From NCBI GenBank assembly GCA_949358305.1, contig OX442314.1, forward strand, positions 4,650,001-4,714,000: 64,000 bases of DNA, written 5' to 3'. The notes beneath the pieces are model-generated. The model searched no databases, had not been told where the DNA came from, and was given only the letters and a program-made list of their open reading frames with translations. Positions 47,601-60,638 of the stretch are shown one piece after another. Within the stretch, counting starts at the first letter, position 1, and every line of letters begins with the position of its first letter. Source of the DNA: Strigamia acuminata (lineage: Eukaryota). The position numbers were made by a program, and so were the translations under genes.

Positions 47601-48929
47601 ATAACCTTTAGTTAAATCAATGGACGTAAAGTACTTGGCCTGATTAGTATGATGAATTAACAGGTCAATACTTGGCATTTGAATTGCATCAACTTCTGTG
47701 ATTGCATTCAACCAGCGGTAGTCGATACATAATCGATACTTCCCGCCGGGTTTAGCCACTATGACGGGGTGACTTATATAGGGGCCAGTGGCAGGTTCGA
47801 TTAACCCATCGGCCTCCAATTCCTCGACCAATTCCGTCATAATGGCCTTCTTGGCCGGGTTGTACATTCTATACGGCTGGTGTTTCCAAGTAGCACCAGG
47901 TTTAAACTTGATGCTGTGCTTGGCAACCTTCGTGCAGCCCAATTGATCTCGAAATACGTTTTTTAATTTCAAAAGAACGTTTATGAGTAACTGTTTTTCT
48001 TCTGCCGAGCTGTTGCAGCCTTCGACGAGTTTTTCTGCCCAGTCAGGTGAAGTGGGAGATCCTTCACCTTGGAGACCCAGAGTCCTAATGCTTGCTAAGC
48101 AACAGTTAAGTTCAGTGGTCTCGTATGGTGCTGTCCATCCGGGCATGTCATCACAGGTGAACACAGCCCGTCGGGGATTAGGGTTTATCCCCGTTCTACG
48201 CATAAAATTGTGACCCAAAATCAACCCACATACATTCTTGTGTAGAATTATGAAGGTCATAGGTGTAACTCTCCTTTTATCGGCCCATTTGACACAAAGA
48301 CAAACTTGACCGATAGGTCGGTGATCTATTCCGACTGCGCAGACACGCATTCCCCGAGGACATTCTTGTATGAATTCCACCGGAATTTCTGTGTTTGAAA
48401 GGAGTTGTACTCCAATAAAACATTGGGTGGCTCCAGAGTCCATTAGTGCGTTGTAATCCAAACCTCCAATTTGGACATTCATACGCGGATCATCTTTGCC
48501 ACCATTAATTAATTTGCTATTGCAAAGTTTGCCAAGAAATACTTTACGTTCTTTTTTGTTCCATTTTTCAAGTTTAAGAAGTTTTCTTAACTTGAAAATC
48601 TTAGGTACAAGTGGTTTTTTCGGTGCATTCCAACTTCCACTGAAAATACTCAAATTTTCTAGTTGGTCTGTCATGATTTTTAAATTTTCATCGACACCAC
48701 CAGTGGAACTACTCGCTTTCCGACAGACAGGTACTGCTTCGTAAGAAATGACCAATGATGGTGGTTTATTCTTCGAATCGTCAACATAAGGCACTGTGAG
48801 ATGACTAGGCTTATGTCTTATTTTAATTTCTTTTTTATGTGAAAATAAATCATTGGACAATTCCGAGAGAGGAAACAACTCTTTAGGCGGGGGTTGGGCA
48901 ACTTGAACAACCCCCTGAATCAGTTTTTT
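44655..48929 (-). pseudogene. Gypsy D pol with two frameshifts
   Basis: LMDSGA, YLDD, LTDAS, HHCC, DDE, GPW motifs over three frames (breaks near 46650 and 45845); A_AAA_AAC at 48923-48929. Confidence 0.9.
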
Positions 48930-49975
48930 GTCTCGTCGGGGGTGACTGAATCAGTGGCTGCTGGTAAGTGCTTAATTAACAGGTCAACCATGTTTTTCTG
49001 GAAGTCAGTAAATTTGGAGTCTAAAGTTTCTGACGTAACCCAATTTTGTTTGGGTCGTTTAAACTCGGGGTTGGGAGCAGAGTGGTTAAATCTTTTATTT
49101 GAATTTAACGAGTCTGCTTTCCCTGCTAATTTTTTGGCAAGAGCGGGACATTCTCTTTTAAAATGTTCAGGCTCGTGACAGAAAAAGCATTTTCCAGTAG
49201 TCTTTTCATACTGGGCGGCAAATAATCGCTCCATTGAACCATCGTCAGTTGAGTCGTCATTTTCCGACTCGTCTTCATCTTCAACCTCATCTTGTGTTTG
49301 CGTTAAACGTAGTGAAGTTTTAGATGGAAAAATCTTAGATTTTTCGTGAATTTTTGGAGTAGGATGATTCTCTCGATTATCGTACTCCAATTTTGCTGCA
49401 AGTTGGGCAGAACTTTCAAACTTAGAGCGATTTGCTCCTACATATTGTAGAATGTCATCTACTGTAAAGTCACCATACATCCCTTGTGTACATAACGCCG
49501 TGAAACTTTCTTGGGTTAGATTGTCGAATAATTGCGCACGTCCAGTTTTATCACCTGGCGGCACTTCACCTTGTTCTTGCGTATAACGCAGAAGAAAACT
49601 GTAAAGTGACTCGTCGGCTCGTTGTTTTACATTAAGAAGTCGCCTTTCTCTTGTAAGTGGAACGAGATCGAAACAATCGAGGAAAGAGGCTTCGAAAGTT
49701 CGCCAACTATTAAAAGTATGACGTTGCTTATGGAACCAACGTTGTGCATGGCCTAATAGTCGTCCAGGTACAGCAGTGTGTACCATGTCGTCTAAAGGGA
49801 TGCCTTTCCCGAGTGCGACAGCTTTGACGATTTCAAGGAATCGTGCAACCTCTGTCTGTTTCCCGTCACAAATAGGAATCTCGATTCCTTTTCCAAAATT
49901 CTGACTGGAATTACTCGGGCTTCGGATTTGACCAACTAAACCCTGAATAATTTGTTTTACATTTTCGTCTGACAA
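48920..49975 (-). CDS. Gypsy D gag
   Basis: LLGHAQRWF...SWRTFEASFLDCF; CFFCHEPEHFKREC knuckle. Confidence 0.85.
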   Translation of the reverse strand: MSDENVKQIIQGLVGQIRSPSNSSQNFGKGIEIPICDGKQTEVARFLEIVKAVALGKGIPLDDMVHTAVPGRLLGHAQRWFHKQRHTFNSWRTFEASFLDCFDLVPLTRERRLLNVKQRADESLYSFLLRYTQEQGEVPPGDKTGRAQLFDNLTQESFTALCTQGMYGDFTVDDILQYVGANRSKFESSAQLAAKLEYDNRENHPTPKIHEKSKIFPSKTSLRLTQTQDEVEDEDESENDDSTDDGSMERLFAAQYEKTTGKCFFCHEPEHFKRECPALAKKLAGKADSLNSNKRFNHSAPNPEFKRPKQNWVTSETLDSKFTDFQKNMVDLLIKHLPAATDSVTPDETKN

Positions 49976-50949
49976 ATTAGAAGCAGCGTTCGAGTTGGGT
50001 GTAGACCGACTTTCTTGGTCTCTGGGTGGTGGATTTGGCTCTTCGCGAAAATTTTGGCGTCTATCAGGTGGAAATTATTGTTATAATTTCCCCCTCTACC
50101 AGCGTGAGATTCGTCACTACTCGAGTTAGGATCGGAGTCACGAGGATCACCAGGAGCTCCGGGAAATCGTTGATTTCTCGGCGGAGCTCGTCCACCTTGA
50201 GAGCGGGAATTTCTATAATTCCTAAAATCTCCATCAGATTGGGTGTGAGATTGAAAATTTTGATAATTTTCATTTCTCCCCCTTGGTTGGATCGACAGAT
50301 TAGTTCGAGGCTGTGGAACTCTGAAAGAATCATTCAAATTCCCAGTGGGAGCGGGTAAATTATTATTTACTGCCGTCGCACTTGGCAAATTTCGGGAAAT
50401 TGGCGCAGAAATATTTCCTTGTCCGGAATTTCCCATTCTTTCGGCTGAATTCGATCGCCAAGAACTAGCTGGTAGCTGAATCAAAGGTTGAACAGATAGT
50501 GAAGAATTTAACTGCCCATTGTCGTCACGAGCAACATTCATTCGCCATCCAGGTAATTGCTGGTAGCGATATGTGGCCGGTGAACGAGGGCCAGTTCGAT
50601 CTACAGAAACACTTCGTTCGTTGGTTACAACTACATCGGGAGTAATTACACGATTTCTCTCGTGATGATTATTCGCCGTGTATTGTTGAGCTTCACACAA
50701 AGAGGAAAACTGCGTCACCTCCAATTGGTAATGGCGACAGTAAACTTCTAAATCATGCGGGACTGATAGTGGATCTGTCCGAGAACTACTTGGGTTGGAA
50801 ACGTCTCTAGGAACATTTTCTTCCCCCTGGCTTTCTAGATCAGACTCCACAATTCCTCTTGGTGTTTCACACATACCACCACGTCGTCGTGCTCCACGAT
50901 TTCCTCGTGTTCCACGAACTCTTACAGGTCTACGGGCCATAATACTCAA
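49957..50949 (-). CDS. Gypsy D ORF0, probable N-terminal gag extension
   Basis: 330-aa Arg/Gly/Asn-rich ORF overlapping the gag frame, which is open from about 50074. Confidence 0.6.
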   Translation of the reverse strand: MSIMARRPVRVRGTRGNRGARRRGGMCETPRGIVESDLESQGEENVPRDVSNPSSSRTDPLSVPHDLEVYCRHYQLEVTQFSSLCEAQQYTANNHHERNRVITPDVVVTNERSVSVDRTGPRSPATYRYQQLPGWRMNVARDDNGQLNSSLSVQPLIQLPASSWRSNSAERMGNSGQGNISAPISRNLPSATAVNNNLPAPTGNLNDSFRVPQPRTNLSIQPRGRNENYQNFQSHTQSDGDFRNYRNSRSQGGRAPPRNQRFPGAPGDPRDSDPNSSSDESHAGRGGNYNNNFHLIDAKIFAKSQIHHPETKKVGLHPTRTLLLICQTKM

Positions 50950-51785
50950 AGAAATATACGTACAAAAGAAAAAATAAAATTTAACTGAACTAGCGTAAAT
51001 GTAACACGCTTAATATTAAACTAAGAAATAATTTGAAAAAATACAACCTTAGCTGCTGAAACTGAAGTGGCTTCGGGAAAGAACTGTCCTGTTGTGTGGT
51101 CAAGAATGGTCCAAACGGGCACTGGTCACAAAGGCACAACTGGATGGTCACACTGTCGAAAAGCAAGTGTGGCTGAATATTGGTTGTCAAACTCGCTTCC
51201 GGAAAATCTCCTTTGTCAAGACAGTCTGCTGTGATTGGTGATGTTGAAAAAATTCCTGATAATTTCTAACCCGAAATTCTCAACAATGTCACATCTGGAT
51301 GACCTACTCCGAGCTGCATCGTGAGTGGCTCTCATTGGCACATTCTTTACCTTGTCAAGGATTAAGAATAATAATCCAGAACATTGGCAGAACAATAGAA
51401 AAACTGGTCAAGTTTTCAACCAGTAAAATAAAATATTTATTTTTTAGTTAGCAGAATTTCTAGTCAAATTCGTTTTTTGATCGAAATTAAATGTTTCGAA
51501 ATTTTCCAGAATATAGCCGAATATTCTGGGAAACTCAATAAAATCATAATAGATTTTTCGTAAGAGATTCGGAATTATAATGAGTTTTTCAAAATAATTC
51601 AAAAATTCGAATTCAGATATTTTCAAAAGATAATGAGAATTTTTTGAAAACAAATGGATATTTCACAGTAAATTTATAGAGAAAATCGGAAATTTTCTAA
51701 TTATAATATCTACATAAAATAATCAAAAAATTCATTTTTCTATTTTACACTTGATCACAGAGTTCACTTCAATAAAATGCAACCT

Positions 51786-51803
51786 ATCTCGGTGGAACCT
51801 CCA
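51786..51803 (-). promoter_or_regulatory. Gypsy D primer binding site (tRNA-Gln)
   Basis: TGGAGGTTCCACCGAGAT, 18-nt complement of the metazoan tRNA-Gln 3' end. Confidence 0.9.
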
Positions 51804-53652
51804 CGTGTGACGATTGACTTGGCGAGATACAAATTGCTTAACAATTAGAGCGAGAACTCGTGTGAAAGTGTAAAAGTACGGAGGCTTGTGATTTCTCAAA
51901 TCATGTAACAATTTATTACGAATGGAAGACTTATATAAAATCTATGCCTACAACTGGCTAAATAACTTCACGTTAAATATACAATGGGTTGGCAAAAGCC
52001 CTGAAATAATATCACTTGCGGTTTTCAGTCGTGTAATAAGAATGTGTATCTTTCTTATTACGGTGACGTAAAAGATGTCGTCTTAGTATGGTTCGGGCTT
52101 TCAAATGGTCCTGGATCGGTTCTAAAATGGTGTGTAATGGTTAGGCTTGGGTGTGGTATATCCGAGAGGTGCGGTTGACTTTGGCACAATCATCACACGT
52201 ATAATTATTATATTGTTAATAATTATACAGCGCGATCATAAGAATGATGAAACAATCGGAATAAATATTCATGTAAATTCTATTGAATTAAACATGATAT
52301 TGTGTTCGCGAAACTGGATAAATAACTATAAAAATAAAGGAATAATTAAAATAGCGCCGAGCTATTTTTGCCCCGAGTGCAATCAACATTTAAGTCAAAC
52401 TCAAATGTTCCGTCAAACCAACAACGAATTGAATCGAAGTATTTCGCAGGAAAGGTTATCCATTGCCGGGAAATTACTCCACTCGGTTCTGGCTGGCCGG
52501 AGAGTAACCGGGAAATTACTCCGCGTCGATTACTCTGATAATGCGTCTGTGAAATATAAATACTCCACTCTAGATTCTACATTACCAATGCGTCTGTGAA
52601 TTTTACTCCACTCTAGATTCTGCACTCTACAACGGAATGTTGGCATGAAGCTGGAGGGAGTGCGTCTGTGGGTTGTACCCCACTCTAGATACTACACTTA
52701 AATGTGTCTGTGAATTACTCACTCTAGTTACGACATTTCTACAACGGAATGTTGGCATGAAGAGGCGGGCAGTGTGTCTGTGAGTCTTCTACCCACTCTA
52801 GATACTTACACTAAATACAAAGTATTTCTACAACGGATTGTCGGAACGCAGAGAAGTATAATATGTGCTCAAGTAAATATCGGTATCAAACAAAACAAGA
52901 ACAAGAGCGAGCTATATCCGTTTTGCAGGGGGATATATACTCGGTGAGGAGAATAGCTGTTCAGTGATCCAATGGGATCACTGGGCAGTCAAATCCATCC
53001 AATCCCAGATCATAGGAAGTGGATACTCAGGACATAGTCTTCTACTAGGTCCACTACAGGAACTGGATACGCAGGACACAGTTTGGATTAAGTCCTTTTG
53101 ACTATAATCCAAAAGGAGTCCAACTCACAGTGGGTGATGAAGGGTGACTTCACCAGGTGTAAAGTTTGCACATAATTCAATAGAATTATGTGACAAATAA
53201 ATCAACTAGTATTTAAACATCCAAAAGTATTTAAAAGTGTCTAAAGTCGCAGTGGAATAAAAATATAAATAGTAATTTATATTTTATTCACTCAAAAATT
53301 GTCGAAATTTGAAATTACCGCTAAAACGTATCAGCGCCATCTATTGGTGAAATAATCGTCCTATACTAACAAAGTGTATGACAGTGTAACCGTCACACGG
53401 TTATGGTCTTGCCCACGATAACCTGGGGACTGTATGCGTCCCAAACCATGGTAACCAGTCCGCAGGCTGCCATGGCAAAGACCGTACCAGTCACAACGTC
53501 AACACGATGCCCACAAGGAATAGTCTAACCCCACCTCGCCTGGTTTAGTTAATGGTTAATGTAATCACGTAACATTATATCTGGCCGTAATATCACATAA
53601 CATCATCCTGCAACCAGCAACTCCTCCAGGCAGTGCATTGGTTATACAGTCA

Positions 53653-53826
53653 AAGCTGCGTAGACCGGACATAGCACCGACCGGACAGCTGTGTGGACCG
53701 GACAGTTTGGAGGGCCTAATTTGGTCCCGCCCTATACCCAGCAATGTTAAATCGCCTCTCCCATCCGGACATTCCCTAGACCGGACAAGTTTCTGGGACC
53801 CGTCCTATGTCCGGTCTACACAGCTT
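53653..53826. mobile_element. Small MITE upstream of ENaC gene 2
   Basis: TIR AAGCTGCGTAGACCGGACATAG / CTATGTCCGGTCTACACAGCTT with internal CCGGACA repeats; TSD unclear. Confidence 0.6.
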
Positions 53827-54014
53827 ACACTGTATGGCCATTTGGGTGTCTGTTGATCTGGTTAACTTGAAACTGATCACACTTGTTTAAATTAAGAAAA
53901 AGTTACTACACATGAAAGCATTTCGCATAATATGTCAGGTGACAATCAATTAAAGTAATCAATATTAATCTCAACAGCTTCGTGCCACATCGATAACTGC
54001 ACTTAAAAGAAACA

Positions 54015-57000
54015 ATGGAGAGAGAGGATTCAAATCGACCGGTAGACCGAATTCAACAAATGAGAAGACGAAAACTGTTTCAACTTGTTCGCATTACTAT
54101 GTCGAAGCAACAGAGGACTCCGGCATTCATCAAAAGTTTGACAAAAATATTGGAAAAGAAAAGAAATATCAAGATTTTACTTTGCGTGTTACTAATTATC
54201 AACTTGGCAGCTTGTGTTTATCAAACAGTAGATCGGGTATTGTATTTCATGGACGAACCCACAGCAGTTGATGTACACATGATTGAAACAACGCATGGTT
54301 CCTTTCCCTATGTTTATTTATATCCATACACTACGCAAGAATTTAACAATTTTATTTTCAACAAGACAAAAGACTCTTACGACAAAGATCAATGTTCAAC
54401 TCTAATGAGCCCAATATATTCAGATTTTAATATCAGTGATATTCTAAAATATTCTACTGTACATAGCTACATAACTGATGCCTACTTCAAAACAGTAAAT
54501 CATTTTCATTTTTTCTGCTAACCAAACTAGAAAGGTTTAACCAAATGTGGAAAAAATTATATTTACAGCCTAAAATGCGCATTAACCTTACAATTGCAAA
54601 TTATGAGGCTGTGAGGGATGCCATTGCACAAGTTTCCAGTGGTAATCAACAATATTTCTTTTTTTCTTCATGTTTACAAGTTCTTTTTTCCCTTAGCAAT
54701 TTCGTTTCCTTATGGGAATTCTGCTTATAAGATGGTCATAAAACTTAATTTTCCCAAGCAATGTTCAATTGTTCGAGTGAGTATTTAATTTCATCGACAA
54801 TTCACACAATTTGTTTTGCATTTCTCACAGCCACGAAGTTAAACACCACATTTTTAAAAAAATGAGCGTCCCTTTGTAGCTGTCAAAATTGTGAAATACT
54901 CAGTAATATAAATTTGATAATCATTCTTGAAACCATTGCATTCAATTTCAAGGTGTTAATAGATCCATCAGCAGTCGTTTATCATTTAGACAAGAGTTTT
55001 GCGCAAATGCTACTAATAATAAAACATGGCAAACATACAGTTGGGATTAGAGTGCAAGAAGTAAGGATTAAATTAATAATTATTCACACAGAAAAGAGAA
55101 TTATTTTCTAGCCATTAGTCAAAAGTATTTTGTGGATCTATCAGCTTTATTTAAGCACAATTGCTAATTATTTGCTAATATGTAATAAGAGCCATTCGTA
55201 ATTTACATAATGTTGGATTTTGGTTGACTAGAATTAACATCAACACGTAACATCAAATTTCGGTTACAAGGTCGTAAGAAATTCACTCCCTTCCTCCCTA
55301 GAAAATAAGATAATAAAAAAGACCGCCTTAAGATGCTATGTTATTTAAGGAAGGCTCCATAATAATACAGAAATTTGAAACATTTATTTTAGTATCACTA
55401 CATCAACACTAAGAAAAATCCATGTGATAATAATTTACATGATTATCGCCCATGTCTCGTCAAACGAATGAAATGCAAGTAAGTTTTTTAATTCGACTCA
55501 ATAACAGAATTCAATGAAAGAATATTTATTTCTGTGCATAAATCACATATCAAAACATTTAAAAAATATTTTTTTATCTGACTGTTATTAATAAAAATTA
55601 GAAGTTAACTTACATAAAGGTTGTCACATTAGATATCCATTTTATGAAGCGAGAAATCTGCCGGAATGCAATGACAACGACACCAAGATTCAGTTACAAC
55701 AAATAGAATACCTTACCTTAGGTGGCACAGTATCACAGTGTAGATGTGCTAATTTATGTGATGAGACAAGTTTCAGCCAAACATTTGAAACAACACCTGA
55801 TGATGGAGATAAAATACACATTTATGTTGTCAATACTTTCGTTCGAACATTAGTGGAACACTTTTCTTATGACATCATCAATATGCTATGCGACATTGGA
55901 GGAAACATCGGCCTCTATTTCGGCATTTCTTGCTTGACACTGGTCGAAATATTCATTCATTTGTGCAAAATATGCATCAGCAAACCAACAACAGCAAATT
56001 CCACGTTGACAGATAAAATTGAAATGACACTTGAAAAGATGCAGAATCACCGAAAACCAACTTTCGTTAAAAAGTTGATCAAAATCACAACATCACTTTT
56101 CCTTGGGTCGATGTCAGTCTACTACATTTACCATTTGATTGATTCTTATTTTCAATTTCCACTCTTGAAAGCTGTTAAACTCATTAGGGATGAAAAAATT
56201 CATTTTCCACCCATTATTGCATGTGCAGATAGTAGAAAAATATCACATGCTAAATGGGAATTAGCCAAAAAACTCAACACAGCCGATTGTGCTTGTTTAC
56301 AACTGTTGGATTTACTCCATCCACTATCTGAATTCGCAAATCAACCACTGCAATTGTGGAATGCCTCCTCTCTTCTTGATGTCTACGACAGAGACCGGAG
56401 AAATTATCTTAAGGTAAAAAATCAGAATATTTAATTATCAATTCAAACGTGTATAAATTTCACAAACTTGTAGAGCGGGGCAACAGCAGAAGAAGGTGAA
56501 TTACATTTTGCTAAATTATCATTAAAACCAACAGTGTATGGAATGTGTATTGCGTTTAATCAAGGTAAAAATAAAAAAACAAGTCACTTTTAATTCTCAC
56601 TAAAATATTTTTACACAGTTGACCAGCCGTTTTCTCGAAAGCAAAACATTGTAATGATTTACGATTACGAACAGCTCGGTGGTGACTGTTTTAAACGAGA
56701 AGTGAGATAGAAGTTTATCCTTTGTACTGTCAATTGCAGCAGTTACTAATTTCACTTTCTGTATTCCAGCACTTTATTTTGCCAACAAATCAATTTTTTC
56801 ACCCGAAATATCGTTTAGATGTATCCAACGATTTAACTCTTTTTGTCAACTTTGCCCCTCAAACGGTGAATTCAAAAAATGATTAATCCACTGACTATAA
56901 GGTTGCCCTTTCTCCCATTGGCCGAGTGTCACTACTTCCAACTGTAGACTGTGTACTACCACTAGGAAAAGTACTTTTTATTTTTGTGATTATTATAAAA

Positions 57001-58563
57001 TAAAGATTATAATGATAGAATTTTAATTTTATTTTATAGTAAAATGTTTTTTCCATTTATAAAATAGAGTTTTATGCTGTGTCTAGTTCGACAAACATGT
57101 TTGTTCAGTTTATTGGTTGCTTTGCCTGAAAAGCACACTGTCTGTACATCGATTGCAATTCTGGTGTTTTGGTCTATTTTTTGTATCACTACATAAGTGA
57201 AATGGGTCGGCCAATGGGAGAAAGGCCAACCTAATAGTAAGCCAGAGTATAGCGCATTCGAAAAGCCATTGCAACAGTTTAAATGGCGTGATTAAAATTC
57301 AAAAATGGCAACCAATTTAATCTGCTTCGGCTGTCATTTAAATGTCTCGATTAAAAAAGTATAAATAAAAATAAAAAATGTTTAACAAGTGCTTTTGAAT
57401 GCGCCGACCGTTATTTGAAATGTTTATCACTGCCTAACCGAGTAACAAATTTGCGAAATTGTCGTCACTATTGAGAAATTGTAGCCAGTTTTAAGAAATT
57501 ATCGACAGTTTTAAAAAAATCATATTTTTCTTTGGTTTGGGGCCCCAATTTGTTCAAAGGCTCACACTGCAGCTTGTGTGGGTGTGGCCAAATTGCCAAT
57601 TAGTTGATTAATCTTTCTAGCTTGTTCGATTAAATACCCCGAGAAGTCCTTGCAGACCAAATGATGAAGTTTTAAGATGTGAAGAAAACTGCTATGAAAA
57701 GATACTCGAGCAACAAACTTTCAATTGCAGGTAACTTGCAATTCATCCACTAATTACCGTGCATCCCATATTGCAATTTACAAATCGTACATTGTTTGAA
57801 AATATTCCCAACAATCAAATGGAGCAAATTTATTGGTAGCAGCAGGTGTATTCAGGTTTACATTTATAAACAGCAAAAACTGCAAAAAGGTGTAAAGCAC
57901 CATTCATTTAGTTTAAAAATTAAACAGTTTAATCGTCTGAAGAAGAACTGTTTCAGAACTGTTATTTTAAAAAAAAACACTTGCCACAAATTTCAAAATG
58001 AATAATAACGGTATTTATTTTTAAAACTTTCAAAGATAGAATCTAAAATCATTGAAAAAAATGCTCATAAGCAATTGTCATTGTTACCAATAAATTTAAT
58101 TTGCCACATTTGATCTGCCTAGCTAAGTTGCTATCCCAAACAGTTCAAGTGTTTGCCCAATTTTTAATAACTGGAAAAAATCATGTGTCATGGCACACTG
58201 TGTATTTCCAGTAAATGTTGTTGTATTACTAGACTTCCATCCATGGATAAGAGTAAATTTCCCCTTTGCCTATCTCAAGAGACGGCTAAAACCACTTATC
58301 AGACATATTTGAAAACTCTGTTGAAGACAAACCCCCGAAAAGACTGTTACCGCAAAGCATCTTGTCAAGAAACCATCTACAATCCTTCAATTACCAACAG
58401 CTTAGAGAACCGAAGACCCTTTGTTTGGTATATGTTTGAAAATAACATCAGAGAAATAATTGAAGAACAGCAAGAGGTTACTATTGTAAAGTTATTGTGT
58501 CAGATTGGATCTATTATTGGTATTCTCACTGGTTTCTCCTTATTTTCTCTTCTTCAATTTTGA
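54015..58563 (+). CDS. Two-domain DEG/ENaC gene 2, about 11 exons, roughly 770 aa, apparently intact
   Basis: TM1 plus YFMDEPT...FPYV; TM2 MLCDIGGNIGLYFGISCLTLVE then second TM1 and FPPIIAC in the same exon; last TM2 LLCQIGSIIGILTGFS; GT-AG exons join without stops by manual reading. Confidence 0.85.
56890..57251. mobile_element. Diverged copy of the 18442-23661 MITE in an ENaC gene 2 intron
   Basis: Shared TTCTCCCATTGGCC, GCAATTCTGGTGTTTTG, GCCAATGGGAGAA and CAGAGTATAG segments. Confidence 0.7.
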
Positions 58564-60010
58564 TTGCCTTTAATTCCACGGGTTTAAAATAATAAAATGT
58601 TGCTTAACTTATAACTGGATGCATTGAATTTGTACTGTAAATGTACTAATAATACGCGACATGTACTCTACAACGCAGAACTAAATCGAACTAAGTTGAA
58701 CAAAACGACTAAAAGAAATGTCTAAATTGATCAAAAACACTAAAAATTCGTGGGAGAAATTTAGGTTCTGACAACAAAATGTCCGCGTTCTATTTAAAGC
58801 ATTTAGAGTTATTGGTTAAGCCACTTCTGCATTGTTTTGCAGTGAAGTTTTACCCCTTTATTGCACTCTTGCACACCCTTTTTTATTATCCTCCTTCTTA
58901 CTGTGTGAGACCCCCTGAAAACTATGTAAACCAATCAGGGTGCTCACGTTGTTTCTCCCTCTGCACTTTTCCAAACAAAGCATTGTAGTTTAAGCCGTAG
59001 ATATTGTCACCATCTTTCAGCTGCTGCTACACATCTCAACATCTCCAGAATACAAGAAATTCTTTTCTTCCTTACACAACAGTGACTTTTTAATAAATAC
59101 ACTTTTAACACTAGGCAGAGCTGCTAAATAGCTGTGAACCAGCAAAGCAAGCGTTTAAAAAGTGACAAAGCCTAAAACAATACTTTAAGTCACCTAATTT
59201 TTCAAAAAGAGTGTCCTGAAATAAATTTTTAATTATCCATAGCACGATAAGTGATTGTTCGTACAATTAAGTCAACATGAACCTAGGTAGTGGTAAATTC
59301 TCGGATATATTGTTCAACATAGAAATACTTTATCTTGTAAGCACAATTAAAATCTCACAGCACTTGGAACATCATTCCATACTTATTATCTATTAATTTA
59401 TTAAGATTACTGTCAGTTACCATGTACAATTTTTATTTCGATTAATTAATGCAACGTTGTGGAGAGAAAGCGCACTCAGTGTCATTTAAACTTGTTTTCA
59501 GTATATTTTTTAAACCACTCTAAACGTAAAATTTTGCACTTTAAATGTGTAATGTAATTCATCAACGCAATAAAATTTGAGTCAAACGTGTGTGAGTAAT
59601 TGATTTTAATTTAAACTCTATTTTCAATTCAGCAATAAAAATATTAATCTAGAATAACAGATCAATCAAATATTTTACGTCATTTTATGCCATTCAAGTC
59701 CCCATGTCTTTCTATCAACTTAGATAAACGGATAAAATCACAGTTGGCTTGTCAGTAGATTTAATCGATACCAACATGCCGAAATACAATCAATTACGTT
59801 AACCCTGCCATGACGTACCCGCCATCTGTCGGTCCAAATACGAAATAAATTAACACCGACCATCCGATCCAATCAGCTTTTTGATTTTGGTCATCTAAAT
59901 CCGATCCAAATTTTTCGGATGTATTTGCACATTTGTTATTTCAATAAAACAAATGAAATTAAGCAATTTTAAACCGAATTTTTCAGCATTCCGATAACAT
60001 TTTGATCACG

Positions 60011-60638
60011 TGTGGTGATTCCGAATCACCTGAAGATAAATTGATAAGATTTATCGTGTTGATGAATCCGACCGCCAGGAGCGCTACTAGAAATAGACTA
60101 GATTGACTAGTCTCGCATTTCTGCGGATCTGAATAATCAGAATAATCTACATATGACGTCACTTCCGGTCAGTATATAAGACCGAGACTGACCGGAAACT
60201 AGACTACAGTTACCACATTTCAGCAAAAGCACCATTTACCTCACCTTTCAGGCCGTTTCACGGATTGATCGAGGACCGGTGCCCGCTGACCATTCTAACT
60301 GTACAACAGCCACATTTATTTAGCGTAGCCAAACTACGCTAGAATAAATATCCGAACGATATTCGTTTAATTCGCACGAGAAAGCGAATTCTCGCGTGTT
60401 CATTATAACACGTGGAAATAACCCTAGACAACAACACAGACCACGCGTAGGCCTAAACAATTGGATCCGCCATTGTTTAGCGGCGACTCGTATTCGCAGA
60501 AGAATCCGAGGACCACCATAGGAAACATCTTAACTCATATTGTATTAGTAAGCGTGTTTAATAAAGCAGTATTATAACTTGTATTGTATTCCCGAGTGTT
60601 ATTATTATTATCTTTAACCACAAAGTCGAATCACGACA
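60011..60638 (+). mobile_element. Solo LTR related to Gypsy C
   Basis: TGTGGTG...ACGACA, 628 bp, TSD CACG, TATA at about 60173, AATAAA at about 60560, blocks shared with Gypsy C LTR. Confidence 0.88.

Larger units (their letters stand above)
39452..53397 (-). mobile_element. Gypsy D, 13.9 kb, long LTRs, accessory ORF, frameshifted pol
   Basis: LTRs at 39452-41036 and 51806-53397 (about 1.59 kb, roughly 97% alike by eye); PPT AAGGGGGA; tRNA-Gln PBS; no matching TSD. Confidence 0.93.

Noticed and set aside
52147..52599. 150-aa antisense ORF in the Gypsy D LTR
   Set aside because: Non-ATG start, broken by a stop in the other LTR, no recognisable domain
56890..57251. MITE as an ancestral insertion shared by both ENaC paralogs
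   Set aside because: The two copies lie in non-equivalent introns, so independent insertions
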